A DNA stretch of 64,000 bases from Octopus vulgaris (GCA_951406725.2 OX597815.1:13454001-13518000), one strand, 5' to 3'. Shown: positions 36,715-50,977, counted from the stretch's first letter. Numbers and translations: made by a program. The notes: generated from the sequence alone by a model not told the origin.

Positions 36715-36890
36715 TATAGATATATACGACGGACCTCTTCCAGTTTCCGTCTACCAAATCTACTCACATGACTTTGGTCGGCCCGAGGCTAGAGTAGAAG
36801 ACACTTGCCCATGGTGCCACGCAGCGGACTGAACCCAGAACCATGTGGTTGGTAAGCAAGCCTCATACCACACAGCGACCCCTACGCCTA
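36415..36890 (-). mobile_element. tRNA-derived SINE family D with internal microsatellite and fold-back
   Basis: Head gctgtgtggtatg..gggttcagtcc, core catgggcaagtgtcttctac, tail gcggtgcttcagcatgg..tgactaaaacaagtaaaa. Confidence 0.9.
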
Positions 36891-37209
36891 TATACAGATA
36901 TCTTTTTAATACTTCACGTTTTTACTTCACCGGGTAAATTTTCTAGGCAAGGAATCGCATAGCATAAATTTCTCATGTTGAAGTATTCGACTAATTCTAC
37001 CCTCAGCAATTCTTTGTTTTTGTTGTTCGTTTGGAGAATGGTGGAGACAAGTACTGTTCTGTGGTAGAATTTTTGTTTTCAAATGTACTCCATCAGGTAA
37101 GAAATAAACATTATTTATTCAAAATGAAAAATACATGTATTTATGTGTTACTAATAGTTTCATATGCTGAGAAATAGTCAGACATATTCGTCAGGCAGAG
37201 ACTACATAT

Positions 37210-37950
37210 ATATTTATCTAATCTATTTTGAGTGGCTATGGATCGTGTGATGAAAGCTGCAATGGAGGGTAGAATTCACTAATAAGAATCACATAAGTTG
37301 TCCCGTTTTGCATTTGAAAATGATTGTATTCTCTTTGCTACTCGCCTCATAAAAATGCAGGGCTTCTTGGATCGTGTCATGCGAGAAGAATATTATGTGG
37401 GGCTAGAAATCGACGAATCGAAGACAGAGTATATTACCGTTAATATAAACACAGACGAAATCACTGGCCTCCTAGCAAACGGAAAGCAGCTACCCACGAT
37501 TTACAAATTTACTTACCTTGAATTGACTATTACTGATCACACTTATAACTCAAAGAGTGACATCATAGACAGAACGAGATGAGCAGGTGGAGTAATGTAG
37601 CAGATTCAACACCAATGGTCGTCTGACATCACTACAACAATGAGGATAATGTACAAAATTCTGTTTTCTGACTTTTGCATATGGATTCGAGGCGTGTGTA
37701 ACGAATACGATTCGACAAAGGAACACGCTGAACACATTTCCCACAATAAACCCGTGGAAAATATATATGATATCCTATAACGACCACCTTTCCGATGATA
37801 CATTGTACTAAATGGCTAACGAAAAACAGATAAGCAGACAGATACATGAACGCCGACTGAGATAGATTGGTCATCATCTACGACACCCACCCAATGAATG
37901 CTATCAATAGTGACTACTGCTTAACACCCTAGAAATTCAAATTCGGGCAT
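37210..37950 (+). pseudogene. Decayed RTE-like RT remnant
   Basis: VAMDRVMK, FAFENDCIL (FADD-like), VGLEIDESKTEY, FTYLE and SDIIDR. Confidence 0.7.
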
Positions 37951-38484
37951 ACTTAGTGATATCGCTCAATGAAAAACCTCTAACCATGAAGATGGAAACG
38001 AGTGGAAAGCCTAAATAAACTGTCTGCCAATGACTGTTCCCAATGTTTCCCTATTATTCGTATTTCTTGGTTGAATTCTGAATTATATATATATATATGA
38101 TCACTACAGATATAGGGTAAAGAATTATTATCTGTAATTATTACTTCACTCCGTGATAGCAAACTGCAGTTTTCTTTCTGCGGTACTATTTTGTGACGCA
38201 CATGGTAATCTTGGAGGAAAAATATGAATTTCACTCGTCTATATAAATGTGCTGACTACCTTGTGTTATGTTTCGATGGCGCTTGGGCGGGGATGGAAAG
38301 GGTACGTTTTCTAGCATTTTCAAATTTATAATTCTCGAAATCTTATGTTGATAGCGGAAATGAATTTTTGTAATTCTAATCCAGGTAAGCGTCTATAATT
38401 AATCGAAAACTGTTTGACTTCGTTATTTTTCTTCTTTTTGCCTATGTGAGTTACACATATTGTTATCTGTGGAGTCATATATAT

Positions 38485-38560
38485 AGTGAAAAGAATTAGC
38501 TGTCTTTGGCTGCTATTTCTAAATTGTGGGTATATGGTGAAGCAACTTGTTGCTAAACCC

Positions 38561-38568
<8 letters not shown>
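38485..38568 (+). repeat. TA-anchored terminal repeat; reverse copy at about 43883-43975
   Basis: gctgctatttctaaatt..tggtga.gcaa.t.gttgctaaacccttaatt is shared between the copies. Confidence 0.75.
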
Positions 38569-38629
<61 letters not shown>

Positions 38630-38752
38630 AGCAGAGAGATAGAACGAGAGAGATAAATATAGTTATACGTATATATATATATATATATATATATAGGCGA
38701 GGGAACAACAAGCAGGTGTATTAGTTTGACGCTCGGGAAGAATGAAAAAGTG

Positions 38753-38786
38753 TTTGACGTATCGAGCCCATGCTCTACACCAGAAA
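38753..38786 (-). ncRNA. Decayed hammerhead motif, same family as 8223
   Basis: Minus strand reads UUU CUGGUGU a GAGC augg GCUC GAUA CG UC AAA, with three core substitutions. Confidence 0.45.
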
Positions 38787-39422
38787 GGGTTCAGAATAAA
38801 AGAAAAATAAAGAGAGATCATATATATATATTTGTATATATATATAAAATAGAACAAAAATACAATAGAGTACAAAAAAAATTCGGACAGATAGACGATA
38901 CAAGGTGGACAAGAGAAACAACAATTAGAAGGACAGGCAAATAATGACGGTTCATTCGTTGCCTCTTTTCCTCAGTCAAGTCCAAAAAATCATGACTCAT
39001 TTGCATATTTCCTACAAATATTGGGTTTTTTACTGCCCACGATCCGACAGAAGCACTAAAATTTTATGGGCAATACTTCTCTTGTTGATGACAGAGATAA
39101 AAATTAATACCAAATTAATTACTACATTGCTCTTAAGAATATATCACGTTCTTACTATGTTGTATTTCTGCTTGATGCACACCAGATAAAACTAAGTGTG
39201 CAAGTATAAAAGACGAATGCTTCCTGCCATTTGAAGGAGAATGACAAACGATATAAACAAAAGTAAAATATATTTTTGTCACCTGACAGCATCGACTCTT
39301 CAAGTTTTTTTGCTGACAAGAAGATGAATTAATAACAATATCTCATGAATAGACTTTGCATTATGAAATATGCAAAACTGAACTATGTATCTATTAATTT
39401 AGATAGAGTATAATCGAAGATA

Positions 39423-39759
39423 GTGGAGGCGCAATGGTCCAGTGGTTAGGGCAGCGGACTCGTGGTCGTAGGATTGCGGTTTCGATTCCCAGACCGGGCG
39501 TTGTGAGTGTTTATTGAGCGAAAACACCTAAAAAGCTCCACGATGCTCCGGCAGGGATGGTGGTGATCCCTGCTGTACTCTTTCACCACAACTTTCTCTC
39601 ACTCTTACTTCCTGTTTCTGTTGTACCTGTATTTCAAAGGGCCAGCCTTGTCACTCTCTGTGTCACGCTGAATATCCCCGTTAATTTCACGAGCAGGCTG
39701 TTCCGTTGATCGGATCAACCGGAACCCTCGTCGTCGTAACCGACGGAGTGCTTCCATCC
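39423..39759 (+). mobile_element. SINE family B with internal deletion
   Basis: Lacks about 50 bp between atatcccc and gttaatttc; flanking duplication aatcgaaga. Confidence 0.92.
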
Positions 39760-39837
39760 AATCGAAGACACCGTTATAAACTTTATTTCGTTCCATATTT
39801 AATACATCACCAAGGACTTTTCATTTATGTACATATC

Positions 39838-40010
39838 CGACAGCGAGATGGAAGAGTCGTTAGAATTCCAGGGAAAATTCTTAATGACAATACGTCCATC
39901 TTTACCTTCTAATTTCAATTTCCACCGAGGTCGACTTTATCTTTCAACCGTTAGGAGTTGATAAAATAAATAGCAGCTACGTTCTAGGGTCGACTTACCC
40001 CACTCCCTTG
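39838..40010 (+). mobile_element. SINE family A, decayed
   Basis: aatttccaccgaggtcgactttatctttca..tagggtcgactta. Confidence 0.7.
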
Positions 40011-40747
40011 CAGAAATGCTTGTGATTCTGCTACCCATGTAATATGGGATTTTAGCACAAAAATAAGAATCAACAGCGGAATGCCTCACTTTCTCCCACG
40101 TATTTATAAAGATTAAAATGTGAAGCCCAGCACTTAAATAAGATTCAGAAATTTATTGGGTGTCAGATGTCTTGCTGTACCTTAGTCGCGGATGTTTCGG
40201 AGTTGGAAGATTTCTGGTCAATGGATTTTCACCTATGGCCACAACCTTGGACTCTATCCTTTCGTACTTAAGTATATTGCCTGAGGATTAAGTAAAATTA
40301 ACAGCTATTTTTCGCACATATAGCGACCAGATAAATTATTATTTGTTGAAAATATTTAGAGACTGTGCTTCACTGTTTTGAATGAGATTAGATTGCTATC
40401 TTTGCGCTAGAAGAAAAGAAATGTTGAAAATCATAAATCATATGTATATTGTCTTATTTTATAACCACAACTCATATAGTTATAAAGCAATAGTTTCGCT
40501 TTACAAGAATGTTTTTTCTAACATTTATCACTGGGAGACCATTTCAAATAAACTTCCTTTCTTAAAAAATAACGTTATTTCTTTACATTAGTGCCTGTTG
40601 TTTAGAAAGCCATTAATCAAATTATATGTTTCCTTCTTAATTATATTATCAGATTTACACCAGTGTACATTTCATAAATGTAAGTTTTTCAGAATCTACG
40701 TGAAATTCTATGAGTCATTATATTTTCTAATATTTATTCAGAAATAA

Positions 40748-40952
40748 AGGCGGTGAGCTGGAAGAATCGTTAGCACGGCGTGCAAAATGATAAGCGATAT
40801 TTCGTCCGTCTAAGTTTGGTGTTAACTGTCTTCCGAGGTCGACTTAGCCGTTCCTTGTTTTGATGTTGATGAAAAGAGCACCAAGAGAGTGCTGGGGCCT
40901 ATGTAATCGAGCTACCCCGTAATCGCTCGCTTTCTGAAAAAATTCGAAACCA
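40748..40952 (+). mobile_element. SINE family A, decayed
   Basis: aggcggtgagctggaagaatcgttagcac..ccgaggtcgactt..atgtaatcga. Confidence 0.8.
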
Positions 40953-41174
40953 ATAAGTTGCCTTAAACATATCTAGACGTGACATTTATCTTTCAGTTCA
41001 CATATACACTAGCACTGTCATTGCGTGAAGTGTATATAAATTTTGGAATACTAACCAGAACCTCCACACCTGTTCTTCACGCAATATATGCACACACACA
41101 CACACACACATACATGCATATATGTACATATACATCAATACATATAGACAGATATATATTGATATATGTGTATC

Positions 41175-41223
<49 letters not shown>

Positions 41224-41544
41224 TTTTATATTTCGGAATGGTCATTTTGCCAGTTTAGCCAATAAGAACACACGCACTATATATTAGGTGTTATTTTACT
41301 TCAGTGTTATTTATTTTTTACGTTAATCTATTTGTGTCTCTCCTTACTAACCGTCAGCCATTTTGTATTTCTATTGTATGTCTTCATTTGCGCATGCTTA
41401 TATCTCTATGTGCGTCTATGTTTACTTAGTGTGTGCATGTAGGGATGCCTGTAATATTTGTATCTTCTGTTTATATACGTTCATGTAATTTGTATTTTGT
41501 TTTTGTTCTTGTTGTTTTTGTTAATTCTTATTTTTATATATATA

Positions 41545-42605
41545 AAAACTGTACTGGGAGAAGAAGAAGAAACGAAAAGAACTCGTTGAGTTCTGCGTCT
41601 ATTTGTGGTGTCTTGTACTCACGTATATATATTTATATATGCATGTATATATACATGTAGATGTAGGTACGTACATATATGTATGTATGTATGCATATAT
41701 TTTATTTATTACATTATTGTATGACTGAGCGCCCTCGCGTCGATTAGATTCGTTTCGTTTCGTTTCTTCTTCTTCTCCCAGTACAGTTTTTATATATAAT
41801 TATGACGCGAAACTATATACCTCTTTGCTTAACCTTCCCTTCTCTCCCTTTCTCTCTCTCTCACTCCTCCGCATCTCTCTCACAGCCGTTTGTCTTCCTC
41901 TATCTCTCTCTCTCACTCCTCCTCATCTCTCTCACAGCCGGCCAAATACTTCCTTTTGCATGCGGCCTCCCTAACTGTAAACACACGGTTTTCTTGCGCT
42001 GCTTGAATCTCTCCTCGTCTAGGAAAAAAAGGCCCTCTTTGGTTGTTTTCTTGTTTGTTTTTATTTCTTGTATTTTTTTGTAATTGTATTTTTATTTTGT
42101 ATTTTATTTTGTATTTATTTTGTAATTTTATTTGGATCGTTTTTACGTCCTGTTTGTGTCACATTTTGTTCTTTCCTTGTTTTTACCCCTCTGCGAAGTA
42201 ATTTTCTTTAATTTCTTCGCAGGAAGGGCTGGTTCGACGAGTCGTGTTCAGTCCTCACCTTCGAAACACGCTGGAGTTGAACTAAGGACAGCTGATGAAA
42301 AGGTTTTTCCTTGTGTAGTTTGTCTTGTACTCTGTTTTTTCGTTGTAAAAAAAGGTCCTTTCCATGCTTGTTTTTACGTTTTCGTTCTCGTTGAGTTCTG
42401 CGTCTTTTTGTGGTGTCCTGTACTCTCGTATATATATTTATATATGCTTGTATATATACATGTAGATGTAGGTACGTCCATATATGTATGTATGTATGTA
42501 TGCATATATTTTATTTATTACACTAGTGTATGACTGAGCGCCCTCGCGTCGATTCGATTCGATTTGTTTCGTTTCTTTTCGTTTCTTCTTCTTCTCATAG
42601 TATAG
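41545..42605 (+). mobile_element. Family E copy B: short inverted end, partial 3' copy, then longer copy
   Basis: 41545-41580 is the reverse complement of the 3' terminus, 41582-41790 duplicates 42386-42605, and the structured motif is at 42190-42325. Confidence 0.8.
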
Positions 42606-42622
42606 TTTATATATATATATAT

Positions 42623-42720
42623 TAGAGGGAAACCACTATGTGGACACCCCTATGCTAGAAATAGATCCGCTAGCTGTTCAATATCTAGCATAAGGGTGTC
42701 CACATAGTGCTTCCCTTCTA
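42623..42720. repeat. 98-bp hairpin with arms of about 40 bp
   Basis: tagagggaaaccactatgtggacacccctatgctaga / tctagcataagggtgtccacatagtgcttcccttcta. Confidence 0.9.
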
Positions 42721-42906
42721 TGTATATAATGCAATTTTACTGAACCTTCAGTTTTTTTATATACTAGACCACTGGTGTGAAATCGATGTTAATTAAATTA
42801 ATATATAAGTTCTAACCCTCATTTTAAATTTATATATGTACCTTTATACAAATATTTAAATAACGAATATACATACATACATACACACACACACACAGAG
42901 ACACAG

Positions 42907-43018
<112 letters not shown>

Positions 43019-43042
43019 TCGCGGTTTAACACCCGGAAGACA

Positions 43043-43805
43043 GAAATGCATACGTCACTAAAGTGACGGAGGACACCAGTCATCACCAATTGTTATTATA
43101 AATAAGGATTAAAACGTCTCATATTCACGAGAAGCACTTATCTTAATAACTGACAAGGGAGGCAAGCTCTTTTAACGTCCAGGCATAGCCAGACCACTAT
43201 GATTTTACATTTTTATTAAAACTGGTCAGGGACTATAATATAATGCTTTATGTTAAACACAACTTTTCGTGTCCGTTTATAAGACTATCGTAAAATTATA
43301 TGCTGATTTCCTAAACGGTAAAAGTGAAAATTATATTAATAGTAAGGGAGGTTTATCCGCAATTTTCCAGCGGAAATGCTGAAATATATACGTCACTAAA
43401 ATGAGAACTTTTATTTCTAGCAATACTGGTACTGACAAATGTCCTCAGTTACTATAGTGACGAATATATTTCTGCAATTCACTTGTAAAATTGCGAATGA
43501 ACCTCCCTTATAAGTTATAATTTTCACTTTGACCGTTTAGAACATCAGTGTATGATTACTATAATAATCTTATATACTGCCAAGGTGAGTTGGGTTTAAC
43601 CCAAGGCCCTATGTGTGTGCTACTGTCCAGCATTAGCAAAAATGCAAAATCACTGTGATCTGACTGTGTTTAGATGCTGAGGGAGCTTTCCCCCTTGTCA
43701 GCCATTAAGATAAGTGCTTCGCGTGGCTATGAGTTGTTTTAACTCCTATTTCTAGTAATATCGGTGCAGACTAGTAACGTCGGTGACTTTAGTGATGTAT
43801 ATGAT
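43043..43805. mobile_element. Degenerate fold-back element of about 760 bp, unclassified
   Basis: Arms match in blocks: gaagcacttatcttaat/attaagataagtgcttc, ctaaacggt.aaagtgaaaattata/tataattttcacttt.accgtttag, taagggaggtt/aacctccctta. Confidence 0.8.
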
Positions 43806-43848
43806 TTGATTTGTTCTAGTTTCACCTCATGAGCAGCGGCCATGCTGG

Positions 43849-43883
<35 letters not shown>

Positions 43884-45063
43884 TAAGCAATTAAGGGTTT
43901 AGCAACGAATTGCCTCACCACACACCGAATTTAGAAATAGCAGTCAAAGAGATATAGCTATTCCTTCTACTAAAAGGGAGATCTCAGTAAAAACACAGCA
44001 CTTGAAAGGCAAACACAGACAGGTATATATGTATATATATATATATATATTAATACCCATATATGTACATATAGACATATGCATATTCATTACAAAAAAT
44101 TGTTTAGGAATACATGTGTGTGCATATATGTATGTTTCGTTGTGTGTCTGCGTGTGTAGGTGCTGAAATGGGAATATTAATCAATCACCACAGGCGAAAA
44201 TAGTAAAGTATAACCTTGAAAAATCCTCTAAAACTAGCGTTTCCGAAGCAGCTTTTAATTAAACTTTTTAAAAATTAATGCCAAGCTCCGTTCCTGATGT
44301 AAAAAGTTGTTGCTGGAGACTCGTTTGAAGACATCACAAGTGCAATGAGCATGACCCATCCTACCATTTAATTATAGACTTTTATACACCTCGATTGGAA
44401 TATTCCTACAATGTCAAATGCAATGAAACAATCTTCACAATGTTGTCTGAAACACTGACGCTCACACCTTACTGTAAAAACCCGCATCAAATTGAATGTA
44501 ATGACCTGTGTGTTATTAGTGTCAACCGGCTTTAAAATAGAAAGTTTGACTGGGGAGGAGTTATCCCGCCCGTCAGGGTTACATCACTAAATATAATTAT
44601 ATATTGGTCAATATTAAATCTTGGTTATATATGATTATCTTTAAACTTGCACATATACCCACGCAGTCAAGTATTCACACAATCACTCACAAAGCATGTT
44701 CATGATAGAGATAGACAAATAGTAAGATATACTAATTAAATAGTTGTTATGAGACGAAAAATTGAGAATGCACCCAATCATTATTACTCAACGTTCTAAA
44801 GTGGCAGAGTGAAGAATATTCTGGTTATCGTTTCGTAATAACGGGATGTGAAATTTATCTACAATAGCTACGACTCAAATCCGATAAGTCCCCGGATTTT
44901 AGTGTTGCCTAAAGAAGTGTTGCCTGACTTTTCAAACACGAGAATACTCTATTTGAAATATATATCTTCCACTAACGTTCTCGAAACATCTTCATTTCTG
45001 CAATTAAGATGATGTGTAGAACACGGATCATAAATCACTCAGCATTCATGTTACTCATATATG

Positions 45064-45127
<64 letters not shown>

Positions 45128-46999
45128 GTGGGTGCGTGTGTGTGTGTGTGTATAGTTCCTATGTTAGACATATCAGTTTATGATATGATTTATTATAAAC
45201 ATATCAAATACAAAGCAATGAAATTATACAAATGGGAGTTCTCATTCTTTATATCCGTGACGTGATTCAGTTCCACACCTAAATAAAGGTTCGTACACAT
45301 ATTCACAGATTTAGAACATCTGCTACTATGAGTGGCAGCCACATTTCGTTCATCTCTTGAAATCAGTTTTCGTTGTGGTTTCTGATACAAGCTGTAATTT
45401 TAATACAGCCAGATTAGCTTATGCAAACAACGTCCCAGTTGAAAAAAAAAACACTCGATGGCTGTCATACCGGTAAATGATACGAGATTACTTTGAGAAA
45501 TACACGAGAAATACAGACCTAGATTAGACACATGAATGTAAATATACGTAATACTTTTCTTCTCTCGTACCTCAAATCACTCGTGTTTGACATATATTTT
45601 AACTCTTCCATAGTGCCCCGTTATAGTACTGGACATATAGCTGTCAAAATACATCTGGGACTAAACAACAATTACATGAGACGTTAAAAGATAATTTCAT
45701 TGGATTAATAATAATTACTATTCTGTGCCAAATATTACTATGTCGATATTGCTTATTGTAATATCGACATGTTATTTTCTTGGTGAAAACTCTTGGTGAA
45801 ACCTTCTGAAACATGGCCTAGTGTTACTATCTCAATACGTTTATGTTTTTTATCGAAAGAACAGAAGGAAATAAATGATAACGAGGGACTCTGTATAATT
45901 GAAGCACTTGATAAATAAACTAAGGTATTTGCATATGCCTTTCAATTCCTATCCCTGCAACTACACCTGGTATTCATATATTTCTGTTAAGAAAATATGG
46001 TAGTAAATGCGTTTAGCATACTTCTTGTAGGTCTCTGAATGTAGTGCAGCGTAAAAAATTAGATTTTTCAAATGCAATACCTATTAAAACTGTAAATAAG
46101 ACATTTAAGAGCCATTACGTAAAATTTTGATCAAATACGTCAAGAATCCGTATTTTCGATACATGTTATTCTTATTTTCAAGGCATTTAATGTTCGGCCT
46201 TCTCATATCTGCCGTACGGCAATCATAACGAAAATCCTTCATGATTACAGATATGCACAAATTGAAAAAAAAAAACAAAGGAAAGAAAATGAAAACTCCG
46301 AAGAATATCAGATCCAATACCACATCTCAAAACAGCGCATAAGGTAAAGGAATCATCGGAAAGCCTGATGAAACAGAATTCAGTTTGAAGAAATCCACAG
46401 AATGAAACAGCATAGGAAAGGAAACTGTACGCGAGGTACGTACCTGTAAATTCTATCTAAAATTTGCCTGCTGAAATGCGATGATGAGGACTAACTACCG
46501 CTTTGCACATTCAAATGGCAGGCAAAAAGGAACCCATGACAAACAGCGCTCTGCACTTAAACAAAAAGTAGGGCAAAACCATGACCGGATCGACTCCTAT
46601 TCCAATACACATTGACATTAAGGTACACTGCTCAAAAGTTGTATGCTGATCCATTTTATGCTGCAACCACAGAACAGCAGAATTTAAGTGTAGTACATAA
46701 TGTACTGCAGCAGCTGGCGGGGTTGTAAACAACACTAAGCCATGAACAGCTACATAAGACCGCCACAAATAATAGAGCGAGCGTGACTATCATTGTCACA
46801 AAGGTGATCATCACACTAATTATTCTGATAAATACGATAAGCGCTTCGAGGAACGTTTCTGAATGTAATCAAGAAATAATCATCGCACATGTGTCTGCAG
46901 GTAACAACTAAGTAGAGATACACATACCAATATAAGCCGCATTTCGTACAGACAGAAGAGAAAGATATCACGCTGGAGTTGCGTTGTGCATCCGAGAAA

Positions 47000-49510
47000 T
47001 GCCACATTCGAATTCGATCTGTGACGCATTCGTAGTGCATTTAAAGCAAATTGATGTGGTAATATACACATTATATTGCTCGCCCAATACCTCAACTCAG
47101 GATGGTAAACTTGAGGGAACTTTTACAATGATAAAAGAAGTACTAAGATTACTCTATCAATGCACTAATCTACTTCAGGTGGCTGACTTCATTATTCTCG
47201 ACATTTGGATGCCTGGTACGTGACATAATCTTAGAGATGATAACAAATAGCGCAATGAATCAAAATCTCTACTTGATCTCACGAAACAATTGTTCATTGA
47301 GCAAACCATAGTATCCTCAGTCATAAATAAAACTAATTAGACCTCTGCTCCACCAACATTTTGTGAATTTATCTACGATGTGAAGATATCAACGTCAATT
47401 TTCTCAGACCACAACACAATAGATCTGATGATGTATGGTCCAAATCTAAATAAATAGTATTCCACGCGCATGATACCCAAAACCTATCCGGTTTCGACAT
47501 CCTCAAGGCTGCGTGGAAGACAACAGAAAAACGGATTATCCAACGAACATTGTCTTTAAAATATCTCTATGCAAGACACCGATAGGAAATGTAAAGAATT
47601 CGTGCCAATAATACGAGCGATATGGATTATCCACTACATGCAGAATCATAATTCCCCGAGACAAGGGTGTCCTTATGAGACAGGAACTAAAGGCCGCCAA
47701 TCGCGTAAATAAACAATCTAAAAACAACGAAAAATCTCAAACACTCAAACGAAAAGGAAATGTGGGGCAAGAGAAACCAAGGCAGAGGAAAATATAAAAA
47801 TGAGTCCTAAAGCCTTCTACAAGTTTGCGAAGGAATCGGCCTTGGTATACTACAACGGTGGCCCTAACTGCAGACCACAGGAGGAAAAGTGATGATCTAA
47901 ATTTACCACTCAGCTGGAAAATACGCAAATCAGTTAGCCTGATGAGTTTTCCCACATCACGCAGATCTATATGGAAAAGAGGCAACCATCGATTACATTG
48001 ACATAAAAGAGGTTGACGGAATATTTGTCACTAAGGTGATGAATACGAACTCATCAATGGGTCCAGATTGATTTCCGAATCTTCTTTTGAATACATGCAA
48101 GAAAGCTCCGGTAAAAAGAAAATGCAGGGGTTTCATGCAGTTGGTAAACTTCTCAAGCAGTTAAAAGAAGGTATAATATGCCCTGTCCATAGAGGAAGAA
48201 GCAGCGCTTCTTATCTCTATGATTTCACATGTTACCAAGTTTATGGTACGCCTTATCTGTTCACGTTCCTGGAAGAAAAACTGCTCACAAACATGCAACA
48301 TGGTCTCCCGTTCAGGGATGAACGGTTTTATACAGTTACTACAGCATTATGCTTGGGTACTGAAATAGCAACTCAACCACTCAAATGAGGGTGTTATATA
48401 TATATATTGACTTTGCAAAACCATGTGGCAAAGTTTATCACGTGATGATATAAACAAGCTGCATGACCTTGGTATAGCTGGAAAACTGGGTAATAGCTGC
48501 ATGACTTTTTAATAGGCGGAAATCAGATAATTGCCTCCAATGGTGATCTCTCTGGGAAGGATTCACTTCTCAGTAGAGTTCTTCAAGTAACTGTACCGGG
48601 AGCACTACTGTTTATGGTGGCTCTTTCTGACATGCCCTCAGCCGTACTGTCAGCCACTCTTACCTGACATGCTGATGATACAAATCTATCACAGAGCGGT
48701 GACGGACGCTGACAACATAATTAAACAACCAACCGTCCTGAATGCAATATGCAAACTGGTTACTGGAAATAAGATGTAGTTCAATCTTGTGAACATTCAA
48801 GCGCACTACTATCTCTCTACGAATAGATGTCATTCGGAATAAATACGACCGGTGGGTACTGAAATTCTAGAGTCAGAGTCGGTACGTGACCTGAGAATCC
48901 ACATGAGTAATGATGCAATATTACTTGTCGATATTACCAAGATGGCAACACTGTGCAGGGAATGTAATACCATTCTACTTACATAGAACTTTCTTTCTCA
49001 GTAGTCTGGATAATTGTTCCGAAGTGTGGTCATCGCAGAGAGTCAAACTAGTGGCGGCAAGTGAGGTAAGTCAACGTCACTATGTGAAATGCGCCTCAGC
49101 GAAACAGATGAGATGACGGAGAGGTTAAAGTAACTGAAGTTTAATATTTCGAGAGGAGGCGGGAATAATATGGAGAGATATACATATAGCAGAACCTTGA
49201 AGGTCAAACATTAGATAGAAAAACTACACTAACTATCGAAAATTAGATGGCGCTGTATCAAACATCATGTCTCCTCCATCTAGAATACGAGGCGAGTATT
49301 GTGTTTCGAGGGTCAAAAAACATTCAACATTCTATCAAACAGCGTCAGGTTTCGCGAGGTCCAGATATGGAAGTCTGGAAAGTGCATCGTTAGAGGTATT
49401 TTTTGAGATACCAGATGAACGCACAATGCAACAGGAGGCACAAAGAAGAGCAGCTATTTAAGGCAAACCCTTGTCACAGGATAGACTGCTCCTATCCTGA
49501 TACTAGTCAA
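47000..49510 (+). pseudogene. Old, heavily decayed CR1-group LINE ORF2
   Basis: DFAKPCGKVYH (48409), RVLQVTVPGALLF (48575), HADDT (48668), LDNCSEVWS, ERRRE and EIPDE, colinear with the 25313 element. 5' boundary uncertain. Confidence 0.8.
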
Positions 49511-50296
49511 ATAATCTATAAACAAAATAGCCATAGCTGTTCCTCTTCTTATTAAAAAAGTAACTCTTGTGGCATATATGCATTAGTTATATGTTTATAT
49601 TTCTGCATTAGTTTTCTGTAAATAACAGCATAACTATTTTAGTACCTTTGAACTTTTGACATTATTTCTGCAATCTAATAAAACATTTTTCCTCTAGTTT
49701 CGCAGGTCTCTTAAGCAAATTGCATTACGTGCCATTTGTAATTATTTAGCTTCTTCCTATGAAATATTCGATTGATATATTATCTAATAAAATATCCGAA
49801 ACCAAGACTAAATTTATGTATATGAATAACATTCCTTCAACCAATTTGTCCATATTTTTCTTTCATTTGTTAGTATCTGTTATAATTTCTTACTTTGCTG
49901 CGTGATATATTCAGTTTTGTTTATTGGGTGTAGGTTTTTAATCAAGAAGAAATGGATTTTGCTCAAATAATTTGCTGAAGTGTCATATTAGTCTGCACTT
50001 CAACTCAGTCTTTTTTCCAATTAAGTGAGTGTCATACGGCTTGATGAATGAGCATTCAGTGGATCGATTTCTGATTCACTTGTAATAACACATTTTACGC
50101 CCTGAAATTGAATTTTCACAGATATCGAAGTATATTTAACAAAATGTAACGTTTCTGATCTGTTCCTCGAAATCAACATGATCAATTGAATCGGATTAAT
50201 AAAATAATTCAGATTATGTTTATAAGGAAAGTATTGAAATTCTGGAATCGTGACAGACGGTTGCAGCTATTCCTTTATTTGTCACATACTCTTTTA

Positions 50297-50697
50297 CTTT
50301 TTTACTTGTTTCAGTCATTTGACTGCGGCCATGCTGGAGCACCGTCTTTAGTCGAACGAATCGAACCTAGGACGTATTCTTTGTTTGCCTAGTACTTATT
50401 CTATCGGGCTCTTTTGCCGAACCGCTAAATTACGGCGACGTAAACACACCAGCATTGGTTGTCAAGTGATGTTGGGGGGGGGGGGACAAGCACAGACATA
50501 CAAACATATACACGCATACATATATACATATACATATATACGACGGGATTCTTTCAGTTTCTGTCTACCAAATCCACTCACAAGGCTTTGGTCGGACCGA
50601 GGCTATAGTAGAAGACACTTGCCCAAGGTGCCACGCAGTGGAAATGGACCCGGAACCACGTGGCTGGTAAGCAAGCTACTTACCACACAGCCACTCT
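50297..50697 (-). mobile_element. SINE family D
   Basis: Colinear with the 36415 copy, without the fold-back. Confidence 0.9.
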
Positions 50698-50756
50698 TGA
50701 ATTAAAACAAATGGCAAATATGAATAAATATATTCGAATATTACATTTCATATCAG

Positions 50757-50977
50757 TCGGCGCGCCGGTAGGATCGTTAGCACACCGGACAAAATGCTTG
50801 GCGGCATTTCATCTATCTTTTCGTCCCGAGTTCAACTTCCACCAAGGTCTCCATTCCATTTTACCCTTTCGGTGTCGATGAAAGAAGTACCTCTCGTGTA
50901 CTGGGGTCGATGTAATCGACTAGCCTCCCTTTCATTCACCCAAATATTTAGGACTTGTGCCAAGTGTAGAAAGAAAT
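50757..50977 (+). mobile_element. SINE family A, decayed
   Basis: gatcgttagcacaccggacaaaatgctt..tactggggtcgatgtaatcgact. Confidence 0.8.

Noticed and set aside
40185-40300. GAAACATC (minus) and CTGAGGA (plus) as hammerheads
   Set aside because: Each lacks the other half of the core.
45739-45771. Hairpin of about 14 bp
   Set aside because: Isolated, single copy, no supporting context.
46364-46395. CTGATGA-AAC..GTT-TGAA as a hammerhead
   Set aside because: No stem III, cleavage triplet or stem I.
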